Shown here piece after piece: positions 49,140-58,920 of a stretch of 64,000 nt of DNA. Origin of the DNA: Peptoniphilus harei (GTDB lineage: Bacteria > Bacillota > Clostridia > Tissierellales > Peptoniphilaceae); assembly GCA_032560695.1 (NCBI GenBank), contig JAWGHR010000004.1:67490-131489 (forward strand). The letters run 5' to 3'. The notes below the pieces were generated by a model. That model saw only the letters and a list, made by a program, of their open reading frames with translations, did not search any database and had not been told where the DNA came from. Within the stretch, counting starts at the first letter, position 1; each line of letters begins with the position of its first letter. Position numbers and translations under genes: made by a program.

Positions 49140-50594
49140 ATGTTACTATTTGTTATTGGACTCGTAATTTTACTTGGTGGCGGATTTCTCTACTCTAAAT
49201 ATGTAGAAAGTCAATTGGCACCTGATGACAGGGAAACTCCAGCTGTTAGAAAGGCTGATGGAGTTGACTATGTAGTAATGAGCGAAAAGAAAAACTGGCT
49301 CATCAACTTACTTAACATTGCAGGTATGGGACCAATCATTGGACCTATACAAGGCATCCTTTTTGGACCTATTGCTTTTCTAGCAATTCCAATAGGTTGT
49401 GTTTTTGCAGGCGCAGTTCATGATTACATGACTGGATTTATTTCCATGAGAAATGGTGGATCGCAAGTTCCTAAACTTGTTGGTAAATACATAGGCGATG
49501 GAGTTCGTAAATTTTACAATGTTGTTATTGCTATCTTACTTCTTTTGACAGGTGTAGTTTTTGTCTACACTCCTGGCGACTTAATCGCAAATGATATTTT
49601 AAAAGTTGGAGCTGACTCAAATGTAATTTGGATTATTTATGCAGTAATTTTTGTTTACTACATTCTTTCAACTGTACTTCCTATTGATAAATTAATTGGT
49701 AGAGTTTATCCACTATTTGGTATGTTTTTAATTGTCTCTGCTATTGGAGTATTTTTTGGAATCTTTATTAAGGGTTCTGGCAATTTAGCCTTTGCTAATG
49801 CAGGACTTCTTGCAGAACACCCACTAGGACAAAAATTTATTCCTTCCTTCTTTATCACAGTTGCTTGTGGTATCTTATCTGGTTTCCACGGTTCTCAAGT
49901 AACACTTATTTCCAGAACTGTTAAATCTGAAGCTGAAGCTAAGACAACTTTCTACTCAACTATGATAGCAGAAGGTTTTATCGCTATGGTATGGGCAGCA
50001 GGCGCAATGGTAATTTTCTCTTCTGGTCAAGCTCCTCTTGATACAGCTGGTACTTTAATGGTTGGTAAAATTTCTAAATACTTCATGGGTAATGTTGGAG
50101 GACTTCTAGCAGTCCTTGGTGTAATTGCACTTCCTATCACTTCTGGTGATACTGCTTTTAGGTCCCTTAGACTTATTATCGCTGAAGAATTAAACATAGA
50201 CCAAAGGTCTGGAGCAAAAAGAGCAAGCCTTGCAGCAGTTTTATTTATACCTGCCTTTGCAATCCTATACTTTGCAAAAACAAATGCCAATGGATTTAAT
50301 ATGCTTTGGAGATACTTCGGTTTCACAAACCAATTCGTAGCAACTTTTGCCCTAGCAGTTGCAACAATTTATTTAATCAATACTGGCAAAAATTATTTCG
50401 TAACTTTAATTCCAGGTATCTTCTACACATTTATAGTTTTCGCATTTATTATAAGTGCTAAAAAACTTGGACTTGGAATGCCATTCTCAGTTGCCTATCC
50501 AGCAGCAGCCGTAATTGCAGTATTATATGCTTTCTGGATATTAAAGCTTGGTAAAAAGAATAAAAATAGGATTGAATCTATTAACTTAGACTAA
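49140..50594 (+). CDS. cstA: Carbon starvation CstA family transporter (copy 1)
   Basis: DGVDYV, NIAG.GPI.GP, GAVHDY, ITVACG.LSGFH, ITSGDTAFRS, WRYFG..NQ. Confidence 0.92.
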   Translation: MLLFVIGLVILLGGGFLYSKYVESQLAPDDRETPAVRKADGVDYVVMSEKKNWLINLLNIAGMGPIIGPIQGILFGPIAFLAIPIGCVFAGAVHDYMTGFISMRNGGSQVPKLVGKYIGDGVRKFYNVVIAILLLLTGVVFVYTPGDLIANDILKVGADSNVIWIIYAVIFVYYILSTVLPIDKLIGRVYPLFGMFLIVSAIGVFFGIFIKGSGNLAFANAGLLAEHPLGQKFIPSFFITVACGILSGFHGSQVTLISRTVKSEAEAKTTFYSTMIAEGFIAMVWAAGAMVIFSSGQAPLDTAGTLMVGKISKYFMGNVGGLLAVLGVIALPITSGDTAFRSLRLIIAEELNIDQRSGAKRASLAAVLFIPAFAILYFAKTNANGFNMLWRYFGFTNQFVATFALAVATIYLINTGKNYFVTLIPGIFYTFIVFAFIISAKKLGLGMPFSVAYPAAAVIAVLYAFWILKLGKKNKNRIESINLD

Positions 50595-50646
50595 GAATTT
50601 TTATGAGAGGTGGCTGCTATGCCACCTTTTTTGTTTAGGAGGTTTT

Positions 50647-50967
50647 ATGAACTTTATATTAAAAGATAAAGCTTTAGATTTTTTAAAAAAGAAAAATATA
50701 AATAGGATTTTTATCAATCCCGACATTGATTATAAGGCCTGCTGTTGTTCTGTTGGAAGCTTTGACTTTGACGTAAGCACAAGAGATAATGAAGACACAA
50801 GTAGGTACAAAAAAATAGACGTCTCTGGCATTTCTATTTTTTATAATCCAACTATTGACCTCTATCTCAAGGACCGTGAGGACACAGATATTATTATATC
50901 TGCAATGGGTTTTGGAAATTTTAAAAAATTATATGTTGAGAACGAAATAAACTCAATTGAAAAGTGA
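50647..50967 (+). CDS. Small Cys-Cys-Cys protein, HesB-like / CC-Se-motif-like
   Basis: KA..FL...I...ACCC...Y....GISIFY pattern; AGGAGG RBS. Confidence 0.6.
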   Translation: MNFILKDKALDFLKKKNINRIFINPDIDYKACCCSVGSFDFDVSTRDNEDTSRYKKIDVSGISIFYNPTIDLYLKDREDTDIIISAMGFGNFKKLYVENEINSIEK

Positions 50968-50971
50968 TAAC

Positions 50972-51871
50972 ATGAAAAACAAAAAAATTGACGATTTTAT
51001 AAAAAATTATGACTTAGATGAAAAATATAAAAATAGGATACCTGATCCCCACTTCTTTTATTCTGGCGACGAAATTTTAAATATGGCTACATCTGCAATC
51101 TTAGCTGGCAAAAACATCCTCCTAGTTGGGGACAAGTCCACAGGCAAAAATGTCTTGGCAGAAAACTTGGCCTACATCTTTAAAAGACCCCTTTGGAATT
51201 TGTCCTTCCACATTAACATAGACTCCTCTGTCTTAATTGGTGACGACACATTAAAAGATGGAAGTGTTCTATTCCGTGAAGGTCCCATTACTAAAGCAGC
51301 AAACTGTGGTGGTTTTGTAGTCCTAGACGAGATAAACATGGCTAAGAACGAAGCCATGGCCGTCCTCCACTCCATACTCGATTACAGGAGGTTAATCGAC
51401 ATACCTGGCTATGACATCATTAGGCTCCACCCTGCCACAAGGTTTATCGCCACAATGAACTATGGATACCAGGGAACAAGAGAATTAAATGAAGCCCTCT
51501 TGTCTCGTTTTGTAATTATTAAAATGCCCCTTATCTCTCGTGAAAAACTTGAGGAACTTATTAAAAAAGAATATCCATCAATGAAGGAAGCTTATGTAAA
51601 AGATATTTCAAATTTCTTCTATGATTTAAAGTTAAAAGCAGAAGCAGGAGAAATTTCTGCTAATGCACCTGACCTAAGGGGAATCTTTGATGCTATTGAC
51701 CTTGTAAAGGAAGACTTGCCTCTGACATCAGCCCTAGCTTTAACTATTTCAAATAAACTTTTTGACCCTTATGAAGAGGATATTTTAAGAGACCTAATAA
51801 GGACAAGATTTAAGGAAGATTTATATTTTAAAGATCTTTTCCAAGAGCGATTGATTTATTATGGAAAATAA
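50972..51871 (+). CDS. MoxR-type AAA+ ATPase (NorQ/CbbQ-like)
   Basis: GDKSTGKN Walker A, VLDEIN Walker B, ATMN, ELNEALLSRF. Confidence 0.88.
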   Translation: MKNKKIDDFIKNYDLDEKYKNRIPDPHFFYSGDEILNMATSAILAGKNILLVGDKSTGKNVLAENLAYIFKRPLWNLSFHINIDSSVLIGDDTLKDGSVLFREGPITKAANCGGFVVLDEINMAKNEAMAVLHSILDYRRLIDIPGYDIIRLHPATRFIATMNYGYQGTRELNEALLSRFVIIKMPLISREKLEELIKKEYPSMKEAYVKDISNFFYDLKLKAEAGEISANAPDLRGIFDAIDLVKEDLPLTSALALTISNKLFDPYEEDILRDLIRTRFKEDLYFKDLFQERLIYYGK

Positions 51872-53552
51872 AAATTCAAGACTTCAAGAAAATAGAATAA
51901 AAAATCTTATTTGGGACGGGTCTATGGACTATGAAAGTCTGCCTTTTATAAGTGGAGAGGATATATCTGGCAACCCAGACTTTTATATAAATTTAATAAT
52001 TGGACTTTCTGCAAAATATTTTGGGTCTGAAAATCTTGAAAATTTATTTTCATCTTGGGAATACAATCTCCACAGGGATAAGTTTGACCTTTTCGCAATT
52101 TTTCTCTTAGAAGACTTGGTTTATAAGAAAGAATTAAAATCACGAAGAGTCTTAACTTCCCTTAGAGAAACTTACGCAAAGAAGTTTTTGGAAGATAAGT
52201 ACGACCTACAGAGGAAGAATCTTGCACTAAAGGAAAATTTATTCTTTGATATCCAGATGAAAAAAATTAAGGGAATCTTAGGAGAAGATTATAAATTAAG
52301 CGACAAGAGAGAAAAAATTTTTGAAAACTTGCGCTTAACTGATGACACCGACAAGGATAACTTAGAAGAAAGAGTCCTTAAGATTTTCCGAGAAAACTTA
52401 AATTACAAGGAAAATGAAATTTTAAAATTTTCTCCCTTAAAAAATTTCACACTTTTTGACTCTATGGGATTTGTAAAACTTGAAAGGTCCAACAGCCCCA
52501 CAATTTTTGGCGACTTCAAAAGTAATAAGTCTTCAGGACTTAGTGGATTTTTTTACTCCCTTGCAAGTAAGAGACGAAGGGAAAAAGAAAAATATATAGA
52601 AGAAAATTTTGGCAAGTCAATTTATTCAGAAGACCAAATGAAATTAATAGAAGAAAAATACTTATTTGGCGCCCATAAAAAATCAAGACTCTACTACACA
52701 AGAGGCCTTAGCCACAAAAATATAAGTGAGGAAAGACTCAATGACTCAGCTATAGAAAGGCACCTCTTGAAATTTAAGGAGAATAAAAATTTTTATAATA
52801 CACAGATTAAAAGCTTATCCAAGAAAATTAGGCTTGCCCTTTCACATCACTTAGGAGCAGAAGAAGTCGTTACAAATAGAGGCAAGTTAATCTCAAGCCT
52901 TGCCTATAAGTCCATGATTTCTGACAGGGTAAATATTTTTTCCAAAAAAGTTTTAAATCTCAACTCCCTCATGAAGGTGGACCTAGTACTTGATGGATCT
53001 GCCTCCCTATTGGACCTTGAATCAGACATTGCCATTGAGGCCTATATTGTCTCCAAGTCCCTTGAAAACAACGAGATTTTAAATCGGGTTATATCTTATC
53101 AAACTCTTGGCGACTACACTGTCATTAGCATCTTAAAGGATTATGAAGAAAAATCAGATGTGGAAAAGATCTTTAGATACAAGTCCATGGGCTGGAATCG
53201 TGACGGACTTTTTTATAGAGGCTACCAAAATTTAATTGATAAAATAAATGAAAACCATCTTTTACTTGTCCTAACAGATGCCCAGCCTCGCGACATAAGA
53301 CCCTTGACTTCAAAAAACTTTTTGAGTTCAAAAAAATATTCTGACCAAGCATCCCTTGATGATGCAAAGAAGGAACTGGACAAATTGAGAAAATTGGGAG
53401 TCCACACTTCAGCTATTTTAAATAGTGACAAGACGGAAAATGCAAAATTTTTATTCGTCAGAAATTATATAGGAATAAAAAGTGTAAGGGAAATTTCCAA
53501 TGTGGCAGGTCGCTTTATCCAAAGAGAAATTGCAATTATAGAAAAGAAATAA
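51861..53552 (+). CDS. vWA-domain partner protein (NorD/CobT-like)
   Basis: C-terminal LDGSAS MIDAS, NRDG, LTDAQP; overlaps the AAA gene. Confidence 0.8.
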   Translation: MENKNSRLQENRIKNLIWDGSMDYESLPFISGEDISGNPDFYINLIIGLSAKYFGSENLENLFSSWEYNLHRDKFDLFAIFLLEDLVYKKELKSRRVLTSLRETYAKKFLEDKYDLQRKNLALKENLFFDIQMKKIKGILGEDYKLSDKREKIFENLRLTDDTDKDNLEERVLKIFRENLNYKENEILKFSPLKNFTLFDSMGFVKLERSNSPTIFGDFKSNKSSGLSGFFYSLASKRRREKEKYIEENFGKSIYSEDQMKLIEEKYLFGAHKKSRLYYTRGLSHKNISEERLNDSAIERHLLKFKENKNFYNTQIKSLSKKIRLALSHHLGAEEVVTNRGKLISSLAYKSMISDRVNIFSKKVLNLNSLMKVDLVLDGSASLLDLESDIAIEAYIVSKSLENNEILNRVISYQTLGDYTVISILKDYEEKSDVEKIFRYKSMGWNRDGLFYRGYQNLIDKINENHLLLVLTDAQPRDIRPLTSKNFLSSKKYSDQASLDDAKKELDKLRKLGVHTSAILNSDKTENAKFLFVRNYIGIKSVREISNVAGRFIQREIAIIEKK

Positions 53553-53803
53553 AAACTGCAGGCTTTCTGCAGTTTTTTTATATCAATTATTTTTATCATT
53601 TTCATAAGTTTTGTAGACTTTAACTTTCGAATATTTATTTCTTGGCCCATTTTCAAGGACCTTTTTTTAATTTCGTAAAAGTTTTTAAAATTTTTTCACC
53701 TCTAAAGTCCTCACAAGCCTATCTCAAAGGTCAACTTTCTTGTAATCGAAAGGCTCTTCCCCTATAATCTTATAGGAAATAATAAAAGTAAGGGGAGGAA
53801 TTT

Positions 53804-55258
53804 ATGTTACTATTTATTATTGGAATTATTATTTTATTTGTTGGAGGATTTTTCTATTCAAAATATGTAGAAAAACAACTTCAACCCGACGATAGACCAA
53901 CTCCAGCAGTAAAAAAAGCTGACGGAGTAGACTATGTAGTGATGAGCGAAAAGAAAAACTGGCTTATCAACCTACTTAACATTGCAGGAACTGGACCTAT
54001 CCTTGGACCTATCCAAGGTATTTTATTTGGACCTATTGCCTTCTTGGCAATCCCACTAGGTTGTGTCTTCGCAGGAGCAGTCCACGATTATATGACTGGT
54101 TTTATCTCCATGAGAAATGGTGGATCCCAAGTTCCAAAGCTTGTTGGTAAGTATATTGGCGATGGAGTTCGTAAGTTTTACAACATCGTCATTGCAATCC
54201 TACTTCTCTTAACTGGTGTTGTTTTTGTTTACACTCCAGGAGATTTAATTGCCAATGACGTCCTAAAGGTTGGTGTAGATTCTAATGTTATTTGGATTAT
54301 CTACGCAGTGATCTTTGCCTACTACATCCTTTCAACAGTGCTACCAATTGACAAGCTAATTGGAAGAATTTATCCACTCTTTGGTGCCTTCTTAATTATC
54401 TCTGCCATTGGAGTATTTATTGGAATTTTTGTAAAGGGTTCTGGAGACCTAGCCTTTGCCAATGCAGGTCTACTTGCTGAGCACCCACTTGGTCAAAGAT
54501 TTATCCCATCCTTTTTTATAACAGTTGCTTGTGGTATCCTATCAGGCTTTCACGGTTCACAAGTTACTCTAGTGTCAAGAACTGTTAAGTCAGAAGCTGA
54601 AGCTAAGACAACTTTTTACTCAACTATGATTGCTGAAGGTTTCATCGCAATGGTTTGGGCAGCTGGTGCCATGGTAATCTTCTCAACAGGAAGGGCTCCA
54701 CTTGACACAGCTGGAACTTTAATGGTTGGAGAAATTTCAAAATACTTCATGGGAGACATTGGAGGACTTCTTGCAGTGCTTGGTGTAATTGCACTTCCTA
54801 TCACTTCTGGTGACACTGCCTTTAGGTCACTAAGGCTAATAATCTCTGAAGAATTAAACATCGACCAAAGGTCTGGAGCAAAAAGAGCAGGCCTTGCAGC
54901 AGTTTTATTTATACCTGCAGCAGCAATCCTCTTCTTTGCAAAGTCAAACCCAAATGGTTTTAACATGCTTTGGAGATACTTTGGATTCACAAACCAATTT
55001 GTAGCGATCTTTGCCCTAGCAGTTGCAACAATTTATTTAATCAACACTGGAAAAAATTATTTAATAACTTTGATACCAGGAGTTTTCTACACATTTATAG
55101 TTTTCGCTTTTATTATAAATGTTAAGAAGCTTGGACTTGGCTTGCCATTTGCTATTGCTTATCCAGCAGCTGGCATCCTAGCTATTGCTTACGCAATATT
55201 CGTTGTCAAGACTGGTAAGAAAAATAAAACTAGGATAGAAACTACAAACTTAGAATAA
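53804..55258 (+). CDS. cstA: Carbon starvation CstA family transporter (copy 2)
   Basis: Same length (484 aa) and motifs as copy 1. Confidence 0.92.
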   Translation: MLLFIIGIIILFVGGFFYSKYVEKQLQPDDRPTPAVKKADGVDYVVMSEKKNWLINLLNIAGTGPILGPIQGILFGPIAFLAIPLGCVFAGAVHDYMTGFISMRNGGSQVPKLVGKYIGDGVRKFYNIVIAILLLLTGVVFVYTPGDLIANDVLKVGVDSNVIWIIYAVIFAYYILSTVLPIDKLIGRIYPLFGAFLIISAIGVFIGIFVKGSGDLAFANAGLLAEHPLGQRFIPSFFITVACGILSGFHGSQVTLVSRTVKSEAEAKTTFYSTMIAEGFIAMVWAAGAMVIFSTGRAPLDTAGTLMVGEISKYFMGDIGGLLAVLGVIALPITSGDTAFRSLRLIISEELNIDQRSGAKRAGLAAVLFIPAAAILFFAKSNPNGFNMLWRYFGFTNQFVAIFALAVATIYLINTGKNYLITLIPGVFYTFIVFAFIINVKKLGLGLPFAIAYPAAGILAIAYAIFVVKTGKKNKTRIETTNLE

Positions 55259-55449
55259 GATAGAGCTGGCTCCTGCCAGCTTTTTCTTTATCTTTTAGAA
55301 GTTTCTATTCTTTAGAAGGCTTTAATAATAAATTCAGAAACTTATAAATTAAAAAACCTGCAGAAATTAAATCTGCAGGCTTTTTTGGATTGAGGATTTA
55401 TTATTTTATTTGAACATTCAAGAAGATTTTAACTTATAATCTAAGAAAT

Positions 55450-57066
55450 TTATTTCACTAGGTCAAAGGCAGCTTGTGGAACATAAACAGCTCTTGTGCT
55501 ATAAATTGTAAGTCCACCAAGTTCTACTTTTTCGCCATTCTTTATAGCGTAGTTCTTTGATACAGGGAAGATTACTTTGTCAGATCCCTTAGTAACTATG
55601 GCTTCGTAGTCATTTGGACCCTTTACCTTGAACTCAACCTTAGCTCCCTTTTCTTCAAAGCCCCTTCTTATAGGTTGGTAAAGTTCTTCTGTCAACTTAT
55701 CAAGGTCGATGTCAAGGACATCTTCCACATATCTTCCAATTTCATAATTGTGAACTGTTCCAATAAGTCTCTTAGCATCCTTGGCAGTTGAGTAAGAATA
55801 AAGTCCTACATCTCCACCAACATGACCACCAGTTGTCCATCCAATATGGCTTCTTGCTGAGATTACTCTTCCCATTGCTGGGCCTGTGTCTTTTTCAGTC
55901 TTAACAAGGTTTAATTCTTCTTCAGTAAGATCTTTTATGCCAAAGTGTTTTTCCATAACTTGACCAACATTGGACTTGTCTTCCTTCACTTCTTCAGCAG
56001 CCTTTGTAACAGAAACTTTTGCAGAAGAAATTATTTTTGTAAATTCATCAAGAGGAGCCTTGTCATAACCCTTAGTAATATTTCTGTGGCCAAAAGTTAT
56101 TCCGCCAGTTCCGTGGTCTGCTGCTATTAAAACAACTGTATCTCCCTTTGTATCAGCGAAGTCTTTTGCAACTTTTACTGCTTCGTCAAAGGCCATGATT
56201 TCGTGGATAAGAGCAACTGGATCATTGGCGTGAGCAGCCCAGTCAACTTCAGAACCTTCAACCATTAAGAAGAATCCCTTGTCGTTCTTTGAAAGAACTT
56301 TAAGGGCCTTATCAGTCATTTCTGCGAGGGATGGTTTTGTTGCCTTGTCCCTATCTATTTCATAAGGGAAAGATTTATCTTCAAAAAGTCCCCAAAGCTT
56401 GTCAGTATTTGATCCCTCAAGACCTTCCTTAGTAGTTACATAATCGTAGCCCCTAGTTTTAATTTCAGATATAAGGTCTTCCTTGTCTTTTCTATTTTCT
56501 TTCATTAGATAAGTGCTACCAGCGCCTAGGACAAGGTCCATGTTTTGGTAAACTTGTTGTTCTCCAAGGTCTTCATAGTTATTTCTGTCAGGGTTGTGGG
56601 CAGAAAAATCAGCTGGTGTTGCGTGTTGGATATTTGATGTGGAAACTATACCTGTTGACCTTCCACTTCTCTTTGCACCTTCAAGGACATTGGCAATAGG
56701 TTGCTTAGCTCTTTCCTTGTCAAAGTTAGAAAATCCTGGCATACCATCCTTGGATGGGTAAGATCCAACGAAGGGTGATTCTGTCTTTATGCCAGTAGCC
56801 ATAGCAGTTCCTGCTGGAGCAGAGTCAGCAATAGGTGTGTTGGCATTGTTAGTTCTTACAAGACCTGTTGCCATATCATCCATGACAAACTTCTTGTCCT
56901 TAGTCATCCATCTTGCTGTAGTAAGTGCTTCTACGCTCATCCCATCTGGGATCATAACAATAACATTTTTTGCACTTCCATAATCTTTCTCTTGAGCAAA
57001 GACAAGAGAGGGTGCCAAAGTCACTAGGGCAAGTGAGATTGACAAAACTTTCTTTAATTTTTTCAT
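55450..57066 (-). CDS. phoA: Secreted alkaline phosphatase
   Basis: Signal peptide, IPDGM, DSAPAGTAMATG, HATPA, VEGSEVDWAAH, ADHGTGG. Confidence 0.92.
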   Translation of the reverse strand: MKKLKKVLSISLALVTLAPSLVFAQEKDYGSAKNVIVMIPDGMSVEALTTARWMTKDKKFVMDDMATGLVRTNNANTPIADSAPAGTAMATGIKTESPFVGSYPSKDGMPGFSNFDKERAKQPIANVLEGAKRSGRSTGIVSTSNIQHATPADFSAHNPDRNNYEDLGEQQVYQNMDLVLGAGSTYLMKENRKDKEDLISEIKTRGYDYVTTKEGLEGSNTDKLWGLFEDKSFPYEIDRDKATKPSLAEMTDKALKVLSKNDKGFFLMVEGSEVDWAAHANDPVALIHEIMAFDEAVKVAKDFADTKGDTVVLIAADHGTGGITFGHRNITKGYDKAPLDEFTKIISSAKVSVTKAAEEVKEDKSNVGQVMEKHFGIKDLTEEELNLVKTEKDTGPAMGRVISARSHIGWTTGGHVGGDVGLYSYSTAKDAKRLIGTVHNYEIGRYVEDVLDIDLDKLTEELYQPIRRGFEEKGAKVEFKVKGPNDYEAIVTKGSDKVIFPVSKNYAIKNGEKVELGGLTIYSTRAVYVPQAAFDLVK

Positions 57067-57093
57067 ATTTTCCTCCTAAGATTTCTTATCTAT

Positions 57094-57136
57094 AATCTAA
57101 CAGAGGATTGTAAATAGAATATAAATCCCAAGTAAA
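57094..57136 (-). promoter_or_regulatory. Pho-box-like direct repeats plus -10 element of phoA
   Basis: TTTACT-n5-TTTATA-n5-TTTACA at 11-bp period, followed by TG-n-TAGATT. Confidence 0.6.
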
Positions 57137-57311
57137 AAATTTTTTAATTTTTATTTTTATTTCAAAAGCAAGAAGCCTTTAGTTATTTTGTTTGTAAAAT
57201 ATTTTATACATTGGTTGGCTCAATTAAAATATCTTCTAATTTACCTTTTAAAAATTTCCAAAGAAAAAGGACGCCTAAGCGTCCTCAGTTTTTATATAAT
57301 TAAATTTATTA

Positions 57312-57839
57312 TTAAACTTCTATCTTACCGTAGTTTCCATCTTTTCTCTTATAAACAATAGAAACTCCGTCAGTATCACCATCCAAGAAAACAAAGAAGT
57401 TGTGATTTAAAAGATCCATTTGAAGAATTGCTTCTTCTTCATTCATTGGGTTAAGTTCGAAGTTCTTTCTCTTTACGATTTTATGTTCTGGCTCGTCCTT
57501 TACAGGTTCCCTATCCATAAGTTCGTCAAACCTAATGGTTTCGTTATTTTGGTATCTTCTCTTTAATTTAGTCTTGTGTTTTCTAATTTGTCTAGCAAGT
57601 GCATCCACAGCGTTGTCCATTGAAGAGTACATATCATCTGTAGTTTCTTCTGCCCTAATAATTGTCTTTGGTAAAAATATTGTAGCTTCAACAGTTTGTT
57701 CATCTTTTATCGTAGAGAAAACAATCCTTGTTTCCACTTCTTCAGAAAAATATTTGTCTAATCTGGAGAATTTTTTTTCTGCAATTTCCTTCAAAGATTC
57801 TGTAAGTTCAATGTTTTTTCCAACAAAGTTCAATAACAT
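57312..57839 (-). CDS. hpf: Long ribosome hibernation promoting factor
   Basis: GKNIELT, DMYSSMD, RKHKTK, PM..EEA.LQM..L.H.FFVF. Confidence 0.93.
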   Translation of the reverse strand: MLLNFVGKNIELTESLKEIAEKKFSRLDKYFSEEVETRIVFSTIKDEQTVEATIFLPKTIIRAEETTDDMYSSMDNAVDALARQIRKHKTKLKRRYQNNETIRFDELMDREPVKDEPEHKIVKRKNFELNPMNEEEAILQMDLLNHNFFVFLDGDTDGVSIVYKRKDGNYGKIEV

Positions 57840-58011
57840 AAATGTCACTCTCCTTTTTTCTTTGTATAATATTTACCCATTAATTTACAAATATATCATT
57901 TTATTACATTGCTTTCATAAACTCACTAAATGTACTTTTAAACCTATTCTTGATATAATTAGCATAAATAATTGTCGAATTTAATTTTAATTTTCTAAAG
58001 GTTGTGATCTT

Positions 58012-58920
58012 ATGGCGATAAAAAATAAAATTGATTACAAGTACAGGATTGGTATGCGTACCTTTAAGACTGCCCTTGCAGTTGTCATTGGTCTCTACAT
58101 TTCCTACCTCTTAGATTTGGACTCAGCCATTTTTGTATCCATAGCCGCAGTATCAACTATGAAACCTTCCATGTCTGAATCACTTCAAGACTTTAAGAAG
58201 AGGCTCTTTACCTGCGTCTTTGGAGTAATAGTTGGTTACTTCTTTTCTAAAATCACTGTCAAGGAATACCTAGAACCCCTAGTCGCAGGACTTGGGATCC
58301 TTCTTACTATTTACATCTTAGTAGTTGTGAAGATGAAGGACATGACCCAACTCTCCTGCATAGTCTTTGTTGCAAGTTTTTGCTCTAACTCCGATAAATT
58401 TTATTACGCAACAAACCGTATCATTGGTACTGTCATCGGTATCATAGTTGGGGTCTTGGTAAATTATTTTATATCATCTCCCAATGTATGGGAAGATTTT
58501 ATCCTTGCAGCGAGAAGGTGCTACAGATCAAGCAACTTGGTCCTAAAACAAATCCTTTCTGGAGAAGAAATCGACCTAAGTGAATTTAATAGAGACCTTG
58601 CAAGTGTAACAAAGCTCTACAAGCTTTTGGAGAAGGAAGCAGACACTCCCTTCCAGTACAAGTACAAGAAATTTTCACGCGAGAAGAAGATTATGTCATT
58701 AATCGAAAGCATTTCTGTTAGGCTTGAAGTCGTTAAAAATATGGATACTCACCACTTTAGCAAGGAAGTTTCGCAAGAAGCTCTAAAAAGATACGACCTA
58801 GAGGAAGAGTATTCCTCTAACTTAGATGTGGAGGACAGGGTCTACAACTACCACATTGAATATATTTTGAAATACATGGACCAACTTAAGGAAGAAATAG
58901 AAAATATAAAGGTGAAATAA
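58012..58920 (+). CDS. Aromatic acid exporter / FUSC family membrane protein
   Basis: IGMRTFKTALAV, multi-TM N-terminus, RII.T.IG. Confidence 0.8.
   Translation: MAIKNKIDYKYRIGMRTFKTALAVVIGLYISYLLDLDSAIFVSIAAVSTMKPSMSESLQDFKKRLFTCVFGVIVGYFFSKITVKEYLEPLVAGLGILLTIYILVVVKMKDMTQLSCIVFVASFCSNSDKFYYATNRIIGTVIGIIVGVLVNYFISSPNVWEDFILAARRCYRSSNLVLKQILSGEEIDLSEFNRDLASVTKLYKLLEKEADTPFQYKYKKFSREKKIMSLIESISVRLEVVKNMDTHHFSKEVSQEALKRYDLEEEYSSNLDVEDRVYNYHIEYILKYMDQLKEEIENIKVK

Noticed and set aside
48720..49140. Integrated element at tRNA-Pro
   Set aside because: No integrase and no duplicated tRNA 3' end seen; only an AT-rich spacer
50647..50967. Selenoprotein readthrough in the Cys-Cys-Cys protein
   Set aside because: All three residues are TGC/TGT codons and there is no in-frame TGA at the motif
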